Assembly (NCBI GenBank): GCA_000146045.2
Contig: BK006944.2
Coordinates: forward strand, 288,001-352,000
Source: TPA_inf: Saccharomyces
Lineage: Eukaryota
DNA: 64,000 nt
Direction of reading: 5' to 3'
Each line of letters starts with the position of its first letter. Within the stretch, counting starts at the first letter, position 1. Under the pieces are notes generated by a model that saw only the letters and a list, made by a program, of their open reading frames with translations, searched no databases and was not told the origin of the DNA. Of the stretch, positions 19,285 to 29,763 are shown piece by piece. A program made the translations under genes and the position numbers.

Positions 19285-19827
19285 ATGGGCTCATCAACCG
19301 GGTTTCATCATGCCGATCATGTTAACTATTCTTCAAATCTGAATAAGGAAGAAATTCTAGAACAGCTTCTGCTTTCATACGAGGGGCTATCAGATGGACA
19401 AGTCAATTGGGTTTGTAATTTGTCAAACGCTTCGTCATTGATCTGGCATGCGTACAAGTCATTAGCTGTTGATATCAATTGGGCTGGATTTTACGTTACT
19501 CAAGCTAGCGAAGAAAACACACTGATATTGGGCCCATTTCAAGGAAAGGTCGCTTGCCAAATGATTCAATTCGGTAAAGGTGTTTGCGGAACTGCAGCCT
19601 CTACAAAGGAAACGCAGATTGTTCCAGATGTCAACAAGTATCCCGGTCATATTGCGTGCGACGGTGAAACCAAGAGCGAAATTGTTGTTCCAATCATATC
19701 CAATGATGGTAAGACATTGGGCGTCATAGACATAGATTGTTTGGATTACGAAGGATTCGACCACGTAGACAAAGAATTCCTAGAAAAACTTGCTAAATTA
19801 ATTAATAAATCATGTGTCTTTAAATAA
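19285..19827 (+). CDS. YKL069W: GAF-domain free methionine-(R)-sulfoxide reductase
   Basis: 180-aa ORF with conserved Cys residues typical of the fRMsr GAF fold (e.g. ...QFGKGVCGTAA... and ...HIACDGETKSEIVVP...). Length and position match YKL069W. Confidence 0.85.
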   Translation: MGSSTGFHHADHVNYSSNLNKEEILEQLLLSYEGLSDGQVNWVCNLSNASSLIWHAYKSLAVDINWAGFYVTQASEENTLILGPFQGKVACQMIQFGKGVCGTAASTKETQIVPDVNKYPGHIACDGETKSEIVVPIISNDGKTLGVIDIDCLDYEGFDHVDKEFLEKLAKLINKSCVFK

Positions 19828-20143
19828 GAGTTTTGAGAACGAACAAGTATTTACGCACATAACCAATATTCCCATGTAGCTCTCTTGTCAAATATATTGT
19901 CGGACGGGCACGAATAGAGATAAACATCAAGAAAGATTGAGGGGCTTCAGGAGATCATTGGTGAAGAAAACATTCCCTGTTCGCCAAATTGACAGCTCTC
20001 AATCTTTATTTGTAACCCTTATTGCAAATTTATGGCATGTTTACCCTCAAACAAAGGATATTCAGCATTTATTAAAAATATCTTTGCTTGGTAAGAAAAA
20101 AACGTCAACGAAAATGACGGAGATATCTGACGGAAAAAAAAAT

Positions 20144-20217
20144 TGATTTCGCCCAGGATCGAACTGGGGACGTTCTGCGTGTTAAGCAGATGCCATAACC
20201 GACTAGACCACGAAACC
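20144..20217 (-). tRNA. tV(AAC)K: tRNA-Val (anticodon AAC)
   Basis: The reverse complement is GGTTTCGTGGTCTAGTCGGTTATGGCATCTGCTTAACACGCAGAACGTCCCCAGTTCGATCCTGGGCGAAATCA, with an AAC anticodon loop, a B-box GTTCGATCC, and a T-run immediately 3' on the minus strand. Confidence 0.93.
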
Positions 20218-21205
20218 ACTTAATTGTTGAATAACGGACATCTAAAGTCATATCTATAGTGCAGCAAGTTCTTCTTCAGCTCACCCCAGTCTCGCTAAAG
20301 GCATGCTTACTTTGCCGTAAAGAAGAAAGGAACGTTCAAAATGTGTTTGATGCGTAACTGTGATGATTTTCTATCATTTACTTGCATGATATCGGTGAAA
20401 ATTCTAGCTAGATTTATCAATGCATAGAAGCAGTAAGTGATGCCACAGATATGAGCTTTTCTCTGTGGCGAGGTCTTTGAGAAATTAAGTGGCTTGTACA
20501 GTTTTCACATGACGATTGGAAATGTTGAAAAAAGAGCCTAAAAATAGGCCTTATCGAACAACATTAAACTAATAATCTTCTGGATGCGATAGTCTTACTT
20601 GATAAAAATCATTGGCGATATTGTGTTACCTGGATTATCAAGCTCGCCACTAAAGGTGTCTGGATCCTTACTCAATACAAAGTCCAAGGAAAGGTGTGCC
20701 ACAGGAAGAGGTAGCATCCCTTTATTTCTTTTCAAGGAAAGAAGCATTTTCAATCACATATGTATACAATAGTCTTCCGTGTGGCTGCACCGCACCACCT
20801 TGCAGGTCCCGTGTATGTAGGAGTCGCATGCGAATAAAAAATTGAGAAAGATCATGGGGTTTTTTGTTCACGCGGGCCGCAGTTGTGGCTCCTCTGTCAC
20901 TTTTTTGCCCTCTGCTAAGGGCAAAAAAGAAAAAAAAACGCAACGAGAAAATTAAAAGTGTGGCATTTCGACATCTATCGCCATTCGTGCGGCCATTTCT
21001 CGAAACAACGCTAAACTTTTGTTTCGACTGTGAGGCCCTAGAACAGTTCGATTCTGATGTAGGCAATGGAAGAAACAATCATATATAACTACAGAACCTA
21101 ATGTTACATGCTTGCATCTCTCAGCTCCCGCGAATTTTCAAGTGAGACTTAATGGTAGCCATCTAGTAACTCATAAATCAACGACATTATATATCATCAA
21201 CTACA

Positions 21206-21442
21206 ATGCAGGCAAACCATTCCGTCAGTTACCTTTACGAATCAAGTACTTCAAAGAGGTCAAATGGGCTCTTTTCTCAAACACAAAAGCAAGGAAGTTT
21301 TCAAAAAGCTTTAAGTCAAACTCAGGAAGAAATAGAAGATGAAGACCTGATGGTAGACCTCAACACAGGATCTTTAACTCCCGTTAAGTTAAAATATTGG
21401 ACTCAAATGAGTGCTATGACGGAAAAATTTGGTAAACTGTGA
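21206..21442 (+). CDS. YKL068W-A: Small ORF (78 aa) matching the position of YKL068W-A; coding status uncertain
   Basis: 78-aa hydrophilic ORF between tV(AAC)K and NUP100 with no recognisable domain. Called only because of remembered annotation at this locus. Confidence 0.3.
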   Translation: MQANHSVSYLYESSTSKRSNGLFSQTQKQGSFQKALSQTQEEIEDEDLMVDLNTGSLTPVKLKYWTQMSAMTEKFGKL

Positions 21443-22198
21443 GACCAATTTTGGCGGTAATTTCGTTTAGCTGTTTTATTTTCACATTTTTAATTGTCAA
21501 TGCTGGAGGTTGTTAAAGTTTGGCTAGCTGTTCTGAACAATCCTTGTATACCGGTGAGACTTTTTGTTATAGATATTGGCGATATTCATTTTTTAGGAAG
21601 GTGTTTTTATAGATTTTTCAATTTTTTTTGTGTAGATGCATGTTTTGATTACTTATGCATAGTACGAATTTTTAGTTTATTAAGCTATAGAGGTTTTTTT
21701 TTTTTTCACCTCTTTACCACAAATTTAATAGCTATTGTGTAGAATAACTTTTAATGGAAAACATTTGCAGTATTTTAGTATTTTTCTACCTGTTTATTGC
21801 AAGTAAGGGCAGCATTATCCTGATAGGAGTAGAGGTTAACCGCACATCGGAATGAGACTTCTCCAAGAACGTTCTCAAAGTAAAACATTTAGCATTAGGA
21901 AATTTCTTTGGTCGATTATTAGACAAAGATTAGATTGTATTATGTTCTGATGCTTAGTTAGAACGGAAAGTGTTACCCATCTTGCAATCACCGTGACACC
22001 TTAAATATTTGCCGTAAGCGAAGAAAAAAAGCATGAAAAAAAAAAGCATATTTATGCTGAAGTCATCTACAAATGACCACCGCTTTTGGACCTGAAGAGG
22101 AGAAGAAAATAACATATCGTAGAACAGTCTTTGTTAACCAAAATATTTTAGCTTTGATTCCGGACTATTAGTACATTGAATTTTTTCAGGTACTAACA

Positions 22199-25078
22199 AT
22201 GTTTGGCAACAATAGACCAATGTTTGGAGGGAGCAACCTTTCCTTTGGATCAAATACGTCATCCTTCGGTGGGCAACAATCGCAACAACCAAACTCTCTT
22301 TTTGGAAATAGCAATAACAACAACAATTCCACCAGTAACAATGCCCAATCAGGATTTGGTGGATTCACTTCTGCCGCTGGCAGTAATAGTAACAGTTTAT
22401 TTGGAAATAACAATACTCAAAATAATGGGGCATTTGGCCAGTCAATGGGTGCCACCCAAAACTCACCATTTGGGTCGTTAAACTCCTCAAATGCCAGTAA
22501 TGGGAACACTTTTGGAGGATCCAGTTCAATGGGTTCTTTTGGTGGTAATACCAATAATGCATTTAATAATAACAGTAACAGTACCAATTCCCCGTTTGGT
22601 TTCAATAAACCGAATACAGGAGGGACCTTGTTTGGTTCGCAGAATAATAATAGTGCAGGTACTTCTAGTTTATTTGGCGGCCAAAGTACAAGTACCACTG
22701 GCACATTCGGAAACACCGGAAGTAGTTTCGGAACAGGCTTAAATGGCAACGGCTCTAACATATTTGGGGCAGGGAACAACTCACAAAGCAATACTACCGG
22801 CAGCTTGTTTGGCAACCAACAATCTTCAGCGTTTGGGACAAATAATCAACAAGGAAGTCTATTTGGACAGCAATCTCAAAACACCAATAATGCGTTTGGT
22901 AATCAAAATCAGCTGGGGGGCAGTTCCTTCGGATCAAAACCAGTTGGTTCAGGGTCGCTGTTTGGCCAGAGCAACAACACTTTAGGTAATACAACCAATA
23001 ATAGAAATGGATTGTTTGGTCAAATGAATTCCAGTAACCAAGGCAGTTCTAACAGTGGATTGTTTGGACAAAACTCGATGAACAGCAGCACTCAAGGGGT
23101 ATTTGGACAAAACAATAATCAAATGCAAATTAATGGCAATAACAACAACAGTTTATTTGGAAAGGCAAACACCTTTTCAAATTCCGCATCAGGAGGTTTA
23201 TTTGGCCAAAATAATCAACAGCAAGGGTCCGGGCTGTTTGGTCAAAATTCTCAGACAAGCGGTAGTAGTGGACTTTTTGGGCAGAATAATCAGAAACAGC
23301 CCAATACTTTTACCCAATCTAATACAGGAATAGGTCTCTTTGGACAGAACAACAACCAGCAACAACAATCTACAGGTTTGTTTGGAGCCAAACCAGCAGG
23401 TACCACAGGATCTCTTTTCGGTGGTAATTCATCAACCCAGCCTAACTCTCTTTTCGGTACTACCAATGTACCTACCTCTAATACACAGTCACAACAAGGA
23501 AATAGTCTTTTTGGTGCCACGAAGCTGACCAACATGCCCTTTGGAGGAAATCCCACTGCAAACCAGTCAGGGAGTGGAAACAGTCTATTCGGAACTAAAC
23601 CTGCCTCCACTACCGGCTCATTATTTGGAAACAACACAGCTTCTACGACAGTACCTTCCACGAATGGATTGTTTGGTAACAACGCTAACAATTCAACTAG
23701 CACTACGAATACGGGACTTTTCGGTGCAAAGCCTGATTCTCAGTCCAAACCTGCATTAGGGGGAGGGTTATTCGGCAATTCAAACTCGAATTCTTCCACA
23801 ATCGGCCAAAACAAACCAGTTTTTGGAGGCACAACCCAAAATACAGGACTCTTTGGCGCCACCGGCACGAACTCTTCAGCAGTTGGTTCAACTGGTAAAC
23901 TTTTTGGCCAGAATAATAATACGCTTAATGTTGGTACACAAAATGTACCACCTGTGAACAATACCACCCAAAACGCCCTTTTGGGTACAACGGCAGTTCC
24001 TTCCCTACAACAAGCCCCAGTAACTAATGAACAGCTTTTTTCCAAAATATCAATCCCTAACTCTATTACAAATCCAGTTAAAGCAACAACTTCAAAAGTG
24101 AACGCAGATATGAAAAGAAATAGTAGCCTCACGTCTGCCTATAGACTTGCCCCAAAGCCGTTATTTGCTCCCTCTTCGAATGGCGATGCTAAATTTCAAA
24201 AGTGGGGCAAGACACTGGAAAGAAGTGATAGAGGAAGCAGTACCAGCAATTCTATTACGGACCCAGAATCAAGCTATCTAAATTCAAACGACTTGTTGTT
24301 TGATCCAGATAGAAGATATTTGAAACATCTGGTGATTAAAAATAATAAGAACTTAAATGTCATTAACCATAATGATGATGAAGCAAGCAAAGTTAAATTA
24401 GTGACGTTTACAACAGAATCAGCTTCAAAAGATGACCAAGCCTCATCAAGCATTGCTGCTTCAAAATTAACTGAAAAAGCACATTCTCCTCAGACTGACC
24501 TAAAAGATGATCATGATGAAAGCACTCCTGATCCTCAATCGAAATCTCCAAATGGTTCCACCTCTATACCAATGATTGAGAATGAAAAGATTAGCAGCAA
24601 AGTTCCCGGCCTATTGAGCAACGACGTTACCTTTTTCAAGAATAACTACTACATTTCACCTTCCATAGAAACGCTTGGCAATAAGTCATTAATTGAACTT
24701 CGTAAAATAAACAACCTAGTCATTGGTCACAGAAATTATGGTAAAGTCGAGTTTCTGGAGCCCGTTGATTTGTTGAATACTCCTTTGGATACTTTATGCG
24801 GGGATCTTGTCACCTTTGGACCAAAATCATGTTCAATATATGAAAACTGTTCCATAAAGCCAGAAAAGGGCGAAGGCATTAATGTACGTTGTAGAGTGAC
24901 TTTATATTCCTGTTTTCCTATTGACAAAGAAACAAGGAAACCTATAAAGAATATAACACATCCTCTACTGAAAAGAAGTATAGCCAAACTAAAAGAAAAC
25001 CCAGTGTACAAGTTTGAAAGCTATGACCCCGTAACAGGCACCTATAGTTACACCATAGATCACCCAGTTTTAACTTAA
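22199..25078 (+). CDS. NUP100: GLFG-repeat nucleoporin (Nup98 homolog, FG-repeat N-terminus plus C-terminal autoproteolytic-type domain)
   Basis: 959 aa. The N-terminal ~600 aa is dominated by GLFG / SLFG / FGxxxN repeats rich in N, Q, S and T. A structured C-terminal domain follows. Length and neighbours match YKL068W. Confidence 0.95.
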   Translation: MFGNNRPMFGGSNLSFGSNTSSFGGQQSQQPNSLFGNSNNNNNSTSNNAQSGFGGFTSAAGSNSNSLFGNNNTQNNGAFGQSMGATQNSPFGSLNSSNASNGNTFGGSSSMGSFGGNTNNAFNNNSNSTNSPFGFNKPNTGGTLFGSQNNNSAGTSSLFGGQSTSTTGTFGNTGSSFGTGLNGNGSNIFGAGNNSQSNTTGSLFGNQQSSAFGTNNQQGSLFGQQSQNTNNAFGNQNQLGGSSFGSKPVGSGSLFGQSNNTLGNTTNNRNGLFGQMNSSNQGSSNSGLFGQNSMNSSTQGVFGQNNNQMQINGNNNNSLFGKANTFSNSASGGLFGQNNQQQGSGLFGQNSQTSGSSGLFGQNNQKQPNTFTQSNTGIGLFGQNNNQQQQSTGLFGAKPAGTTGSLFGGNSSTQPNSLFGTTNVPTSNTQSQQGNSLFGATKLTNMPFGGNPTANQSGSGNSLFGTKPASTTGSLFGNNTASTTVPSTNGLFGNNANNSTSTTNTGLFGAKPDSQSKPALGGGLFGNSNSNSSTIGQNKPVFGGTTQNTGLFGATGTNSSAVGSTGKLFGQNNNTLNVGTQNVPPVNNTTQNALLGTTAVPSLQQAPVTNEQLFSKISIPNSITNPVKATTSKVNADMKRNSSLTSAYRLAPKPLFAPSSNGDAKFQKWGKTLERSDRGSSTSNSITDPESSYLNSNDLLFDPDRRYLKHLVIKNNKNLNVINHNDDEASKVKLVTFTTESASKDDQASSSIAASKLTEKAHSPQTDLKDDHDESTPDPQSKSPNGSTSIPMIENEKISSKVPGLLSNDVTFFKNNYYISPSIETLGNKSLIELRKINNLVIGHRNYGKVEFLEPVDLLNTPLDTLCGDLVTFGPKSCSIYENCSIKPEKGEGINVRCRVTLYSCFPIDKETRKPIKNITHPLLKRSIAKLKENPVYKFESYDPVTGTYSYTIDHPVLT

Positions 25079-25400
25079 ACCGGAATAATTTTTGTAGAGA
25101 ATCCTTGTATCGTCTAAGTAGTCTAGATGTTCAGCTGATAGATTTTCGTTGTATTGTATATATAATAATTGTCGGAAAACAAAAATACTTAATTGTAATT
25201 GTGTGACCGAAAATGCCTGATCAACAGCCATGGCACATTTGAATGGGATTTTGAGGAGACAAAAATGAAGAGGTTCTATAACCTTTGTAGAAGAACATTG
25301 ACCTCTTTTCAATGAAGGTTGGTGGCATCGCCAGATGCAGAAAGGTTGTCTCATGAAATAAAAACGGACAGACCATGAAGGCTAAAGGAAAAAAATAAAA

Positions 25401-25472
25401 TGCCATCTCCTAGAATCGAACCAGGGTTTCATCGGCCACAACGATGTGTACTAACCACTATACTAAGATGGC
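25401..25472 (-). tRNA. tH(GUG)K: tRNA-His (anticodon GUG)
   Basis: The reverse complement is GCCATCTTAGTATAGTGGTTAGTACACATCGTTGTGGCCGATGAAACCCTGGTTCGATTCTAGGAGATGGCA, with anticodon GTG, a B-box GGTTCGATTC, and a T-run 3' on the minus strand. Confidence 0.93.
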
Positions 25473-25601
25473 AAACAACTGTGAAGTTTTTGGTTACATC
25501 TGCACATCTGGTTGAATAAATATTATGTACTCTTTGCTTTTTTATGTTAAACCTACAAGTGGTGACTGTAAAGAAGCATTACAACGTAGAACTGATAAAG
25601 G

Positions 25602-25918
25602 GGAGAAATATGTGAGTTGTTAGATAATTGTTGGGATTCCATTGCTGCTAAAGGCTATAATATTGGTATACAGAATATACTAGAAGTTCTCCTCGAGGAT
25701 ATAGGAATCCACAAAAGGGAATCGATAGTTCTACATAATGTTATTATTTTATCTTCCTTCCTTTTATATGTTGTCATTCATTATCCTATTACATTATCAA
25801 TCCTTGCATTTCAGCTTCCATTAGATCGGATGACTGTTTCTCAATCTTTATGTCATCTTCTCACACCGCATGTGATAATATAATATTAAATAGATGATAT
25901 TAGAGTTCAATTCCAACA
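25602..25918 (-). mobile_element. Solo Ty LTR (delta/tau family), reverse orientation, about 130 bp upstream of tRNA-His
   Basis: The plus strand reads ...GAGAAATATGTGAGTTGTTAGATAATTGTTGGGATTCCATTG...CTCGAGGATATAGGAATCC...TTCCAACA, i.e. an LTR on the minus strand with a TGTTGGAA... terminus. Confidence 0.75.
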
Positions 25919-26192
25919 AAAGGGGAGTAGTTACATAAGCTTTCCGTAATGGTGAATTTATAGCAGTTTCCTTCTCGATGAAAGGAAGGGAAAGAATTAA
26001 ATATACTCGAATGCTTGTACCACTCCATTTCCCCATTTATCACATTTAAAGTTACGAGTAAAAAAGTGACCGATATAGAATGTCTGATGAAAGAGCAAAT
26101 GAAAGAAACATCAAGAAAGCATATTGAAATTAGCAAGTGAAAGCAAAAAAAGTAGATGAGTAAGCATTATAATGCGTCCAGTCTGACTTTTT

Positions 26193-26524
26193 TGTTGGAA
26201 TAAAAATCAACTATCATCTACTAACTAGTATTTACGTTGCTAGTATATTATCATATACGGTGTTAGAAGCTGGCGCAAATGATGAGAAATAGTCATCTAA
26301 ATTAGTGGAAGCTGAAACGCAAGGATTGATAATGTAATAGGATCAATGAATGTTAACATATAAAACGATGATAATAATATTTATAGAATTGTGTAGAATT
26401 ACAGATTCCCTTTTATGGATTCCTAAATCCTTGAGGAGAACTTCTAGTATATCTACATACCTAATATTATAGCCTTAATCACAATGGAATCCCAACAATT
26501 ACATCAGAATCCACTGAGTCTTCA
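26193..26524 (+). mobile_element. Solo Ty1/Ty2 delta LTR (forward orientation)
   Basis: TGTTGGAATAAAAATCAACTATCATCTACTAACTAGTATTTAC...TATATTATCATATACGGTGTTAGAAG...GAAGCTGAAACGCAAGGATTGATAATGTAATAGGATCAATGAAT...CCTTGAGGAGAACTTCTAGTATATCTACATACCTAATATTATAGCC...ATGGAATCCCAACAATTA is a near full-length (~332 bp) delta. Confidence 0.88.
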
Positions 26525-26811
26525 TTTTTTCCTATTTTTTGAATTAATTTTTGTTCGTATCCATTGGGCTGGCGAGCAAGTCCATCAAATAAAAAGGCGC
26601 GTAATTCGCTTCGTTTCGTGTCTTCGAAAATGAAGACCAGTTTTCCTCCTTAAAAGTACTTTAATTCGGAGAGCCGATTATATAAAGTGAAAGACTTAGT
26701 ACTTCGTTAGCTCATATCGTTTTCTTATTTTGAAATAGGTTATCTATAGAATACTTTATCAAGTTATCAGGTTCTTTCCGGAAAAACATCTCATAAATCA
26801 TCCCTGGAAAA

Positions 26812-27273
26812 ATGTCTAGTCAAACAGAAAGAACTTTTATTGCGGTAAAACCAGATGGTGTCCAGAGGGGCTTAGTATCTCAAATTCTATCTCGTTTTGA
26901 AAAAAAAGGTTACAAACTAGTTGCTATTAAATTAGTTAAAGCGGATGATAAATTACTAGAGCAACATTACGCAGAGCATGTTGGTAAACCATTTTTCCCA
27001 AAGATGGTATCCTTTATGAAGTCTGGTCCCATTTTGGCCACGGTCTGGGAGGGAAAAGATGTGGTTAGACAAGGAAGAACTATTCTTGGTGCTACTAATC
27101 CTTTGGGCAGTGCACCAGGTACCATTAGAGGTGATTTCGGTATTGACCTAGGCAGAAACGTCTGTCACGGCAGTGATTCTGTTGATAGCGCTGAACGTGA
27201 AATCAATTTGTGGTTTAAGAAGGAAGAGTTAGTTGATTGGGAATCTAATCAAGCTAAGTGGATTTATGAATGA
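26812..27273 (+). CDS. YNK1: Nucleoside diphosphate kinase
   Basis: 153 aa with [16 protein letters not shown] and the active-site His region NVCHGSDSV. Canonical NDK. Confidence 0.97.
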   Translation: MSSQTERTFIAVKPDGVQRGLVSQILSRFEKKGYKLVAIKLVKADDKLLEQHYAEHVGKPFFPKMVSFMKSGPILATVWEGKDVVRQGRTILGATNPLGSAPGTIRGDFGIDLGRNVCHGSDSVDSAEREINLWFKKEELVDWESNQAKWIYE

Positions 27274-27280
27274 ATAACTT

Positions 27281-27724
27281 ATGGCATGGGAGGGTACATA
27301 TGAGCGCCTTTTTTTTCTCGCTTTGGGCAGCTCATATCATGTTCCCTCACTAGCTAATAATATAATGAATTTTTTAGAAGGAGCACGATTATATAAAAAA
27401 AATACCACTTATGTTGCTACCCTTATATACGAATTTATAATACTTAATGACGCTTCAATGACGCCTGATGTCAAATGCTTTTGGCTCCCAGTGAAATTGC
27501 CACACTTCCTTCTTCTTTCCGAACTTTATAGTATCATCGAAAAATACAAGTTGGCAAAGGTCTATTACAATCGCGGAACGTACGATGTTCATACGGTTTC
27601 AGCGAATAGTCTTGTAATATCCGGAAGCATGCCTACCGGCATTATTATAGGTAGTTCATCGCCCTTGGACTATGTAGGGGTACAAGTAAATAGGCAACTT
27701 GAAATGGATCTCCCTATTGAATGA
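27281..27724 (+). CDS. YKL066W: Dubious ORF immediately 3' of YNK1 (YKL066W); probably not protein coding
   Basis: 147-aa ORF starting 8 nt after the YNK1 stop. No domain and AT-rich codon usage. Included only as a known dubious annotation. Confidence 0.15.
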   Translation: MAWEGTYERLFFLALGSSYHVPSLANNIMNFLEGARLYKKNTTYVATLIYEFIILNDASMTPDVKCFWLPVKLPHFLLLSELYSIIEKYKLAKVYYNRGTYDVHTVSANSLVISGSMPTGIIIGSSSPLDYVGVQVNRQLEMDLPIE

Positions 27725-27950
27725 AACATTTAAGGGTGCCCAACCCTTAAGTTGATAGAGCTACTACCGTTCTTTTAGGTTTAACAGTTTCTCCAATAAA
27801 TTTGGCAATATGCAGGGATCCCAAATTGAAATTTCTGGCGGAATGTATATATTAGACTTGCAGCTGAGTTTTATCGCGTACACTATTCTAGGGACTTTGG
27901 ACCTAACTCTGACAACAAAAACTCAAGTAAAAAAAAGCTTACATTTTTAA

Positions 27951-28175
27951 ATGATGAGATCTAATATTTTGAAATTATTACAACGGACAAGTAGGAGATA
28001 TGTATCCTCAAAGGATTTTGAGCCTGTGATAGGGTCTAATCCTAAGAAACAAACATCTAGACTAATGGTCGGTTCTGTGGGTGTTATGATTCCAGTTCTA
28101 CTTTATTTGTTTTATAAGAACGATAGCAAACATAGTGAAATTAAAAAGATATACCAAAATGAGAAAAAAATTTAA
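27951..28175 (+). CDS. YKL065W-A: Small ORF (74 aa), possible YKL065W-A
   Basis: 74-aa ORF with a basic N-terminus followed by one hydrophobic segment ([17 protein letters not shown]), resembling a mitochondrial presequence plus TM helix. Weak support. Confidence 0.3.
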
Positions 28176-28436
28176 AAAGTTGTTATATAAGGGTTTTCGT
28201 ATATAACACAGAATGGTAAACCGAGTCACGAAGCTCAATCTTTTTTTTTTATGTCTTTCTCTAACGTTTTTTCGTCTATATTCAAAAAAAATAAAGTTGG
28301 TAACATATAATGCATATATTCATTTGATCTAATCGCTTGCTTTTTATTTCAGTAGCATTTTCGTATTGCGTCGCGACCAGAGAAGTATGAGCACCAGAGG
28401 TAACACGTATATACATTTATACATAAATATATCTAT

Positions 28437-29057
28437 TTAGTTTCCTTTCTTGGAAGCTTCAGCAGCTGCTACATTTCCAGGTTGATTCTTCTCATCAAAA
28501 TATTTCTCCAGGTTTTTGACTTGCTTTTGTAGGCCCTCCAGAGAAATTTGCTTTTTCCTTAGTTCCTCTTGAAGTTTGGTGGAATCAGCTTCATTTGAGT
28601 CTTTCTTGCTGTTTGAGGAAGGTTTGTTCAATTTTTGCTTTTCTTGTTCGTTGATTAAGCCTTGGTATTTCACCAGTCTCTTGACAATAGACATGACAGT
28701 TGGGATACAGATAGAAAAGTACAATATGAACCCGGAAATATACATATTTCTTTGATTGTACGCTCTTGATGCTAGTGCCTGTATTGGAGTTACAGCAGAT
28801 GACCCGATTGAGCCACTGTTGTCGTTGTGGTATAATGAAACACGAATTTGAGACCTTTTCCATGAATCAATAAACAACAGGCCAACAAGACAACCCGTTA
28901 TAAAGATTATAGTTTTTATTTGCTGCTTCGCTGTCAATTGGTTATAGGTGCTAAAAATACCCCTACGGATCCGGAATGGCAAAGGCAAAACGAAGATGAA
29001 GAGCATTACCATCTCAACAGTGAGCAATAAAAATAATGTCGTAAAGTATAAACTCAT
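28437..29057 (-). CDS. YET1: ER membrane protein, BAP31 homolog
   Basis: 206 aa with three N-terminal TM helices and a C-terminal coiled-coil with a K/E-rich region. Length and position match YKL065C. Confidence 0.85.
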   Translation of the reverse strand: MSLYFTTLFLLLTVEMVMLFIFVLPLPFRIRRGIFSTYNQLTAKQQIKTIIFITGCLVGLLFIDSWKRSQIRVSLYHNDNSGSIGSSAVTPIQALASRAYNQRNMYISGFILYFSICIPTVMSIVKRLVKYQGLINEQEKQKLNKPSSNSKKDSNEADSTKLQEELRKKQISLEGLQKQVKNLEKYFDEKNQPGNVAAAEASKKGN

Positions 29058-29763
29058 CGCAATATTATTTATTCTTCTCGGTTTTCAGTACTTGCCACTT
29101 TGCGAAAGGATAGCAGAAAGGAGCGTTGCAATGAACGAATAGCTTTAAACCAGAAACTATACAAGGTCCCACTTGGCATATATTTCTATTTTTGCACTGC
29201 GCCAGAGGGTTTAGTAGCGCCCCCTTTATGTTAACGTATCCTGTGATATAGCATGCAGCTGCGGGTTACATGTAAATTGTTCAGGGCATAAGCAGTACGT
29301 ATCGAGGAGGTAAAAGACGTTGCAAGTAGGTAGATAGTACAATATAGATAAGCCCAACAGTTTGCGTACGCCTTAAAAGTAGTGGTGTTCTGCGTTTATG
29401 TTCTCTCCCTTCTTTTCTATCTAGGTTTTTATGGCGCACTTAAAATATTCTGCTGCTTCAACGGGCGGCGATCTACGGAGAAATTTTTGGCATAAAGTCA
29501 AACTTAGAAAGAGCACATAAGCCATAACTTCTTTTTGATATGTGAAACCTAGCCCAGGTTGTCGTTAGTAGTACCTGGCCCTTTAAATATATTTTTGTAC
29601 TATCGTATACTTGTATAACTATTCATCATTTTCTGGTTTGGTAGTCCGCATTTTTTCATTTGATGACTAAGTTGTACGTATTGCTACACTGAGTTTATCC
29701 CCTTACTTCGACAGTAAATTGAGAGAATAAAAGTGAGAAGTGTAGAGAAGAAAAAGATTAAAA

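Noticed and set aside
20722-21088. 118-aa minus-strand and 74-aa plus-strand ORFs between tV(AAC)K and YKL068W-A
   Set aside because: They are mutually antisense across a GC-rich patch containing the hairpin. The composition is Arg/Ala-rich nonsense with no support for coding.
22191-22197. TACTAAC, the intron branchpoint consensus, immediately 5' of the NUP100 ATG
   Set aside because: No plausible GTATGT 5' splice site lies upstream within a sensible distance. The 7-mer is expected several times by chance in 64 kb. NUP100 reads as a single uninterrupted ORF.
22186-24132. Multiple 60-137 aa ORFs on both strands inside NUP100 (e.g. 22417-22815 minus, 23290-23703 minus, 23740-24132 minus)
   Set aside because: These are shadow ORFs produced by the low-complexity GLFG/N/Q/S-rich repeat DNA, where few stop codons occur in any frame. 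They have Pro/Leu-rich nonsense composition. NUP100 in frame +2 is the only coherent coding sequence.
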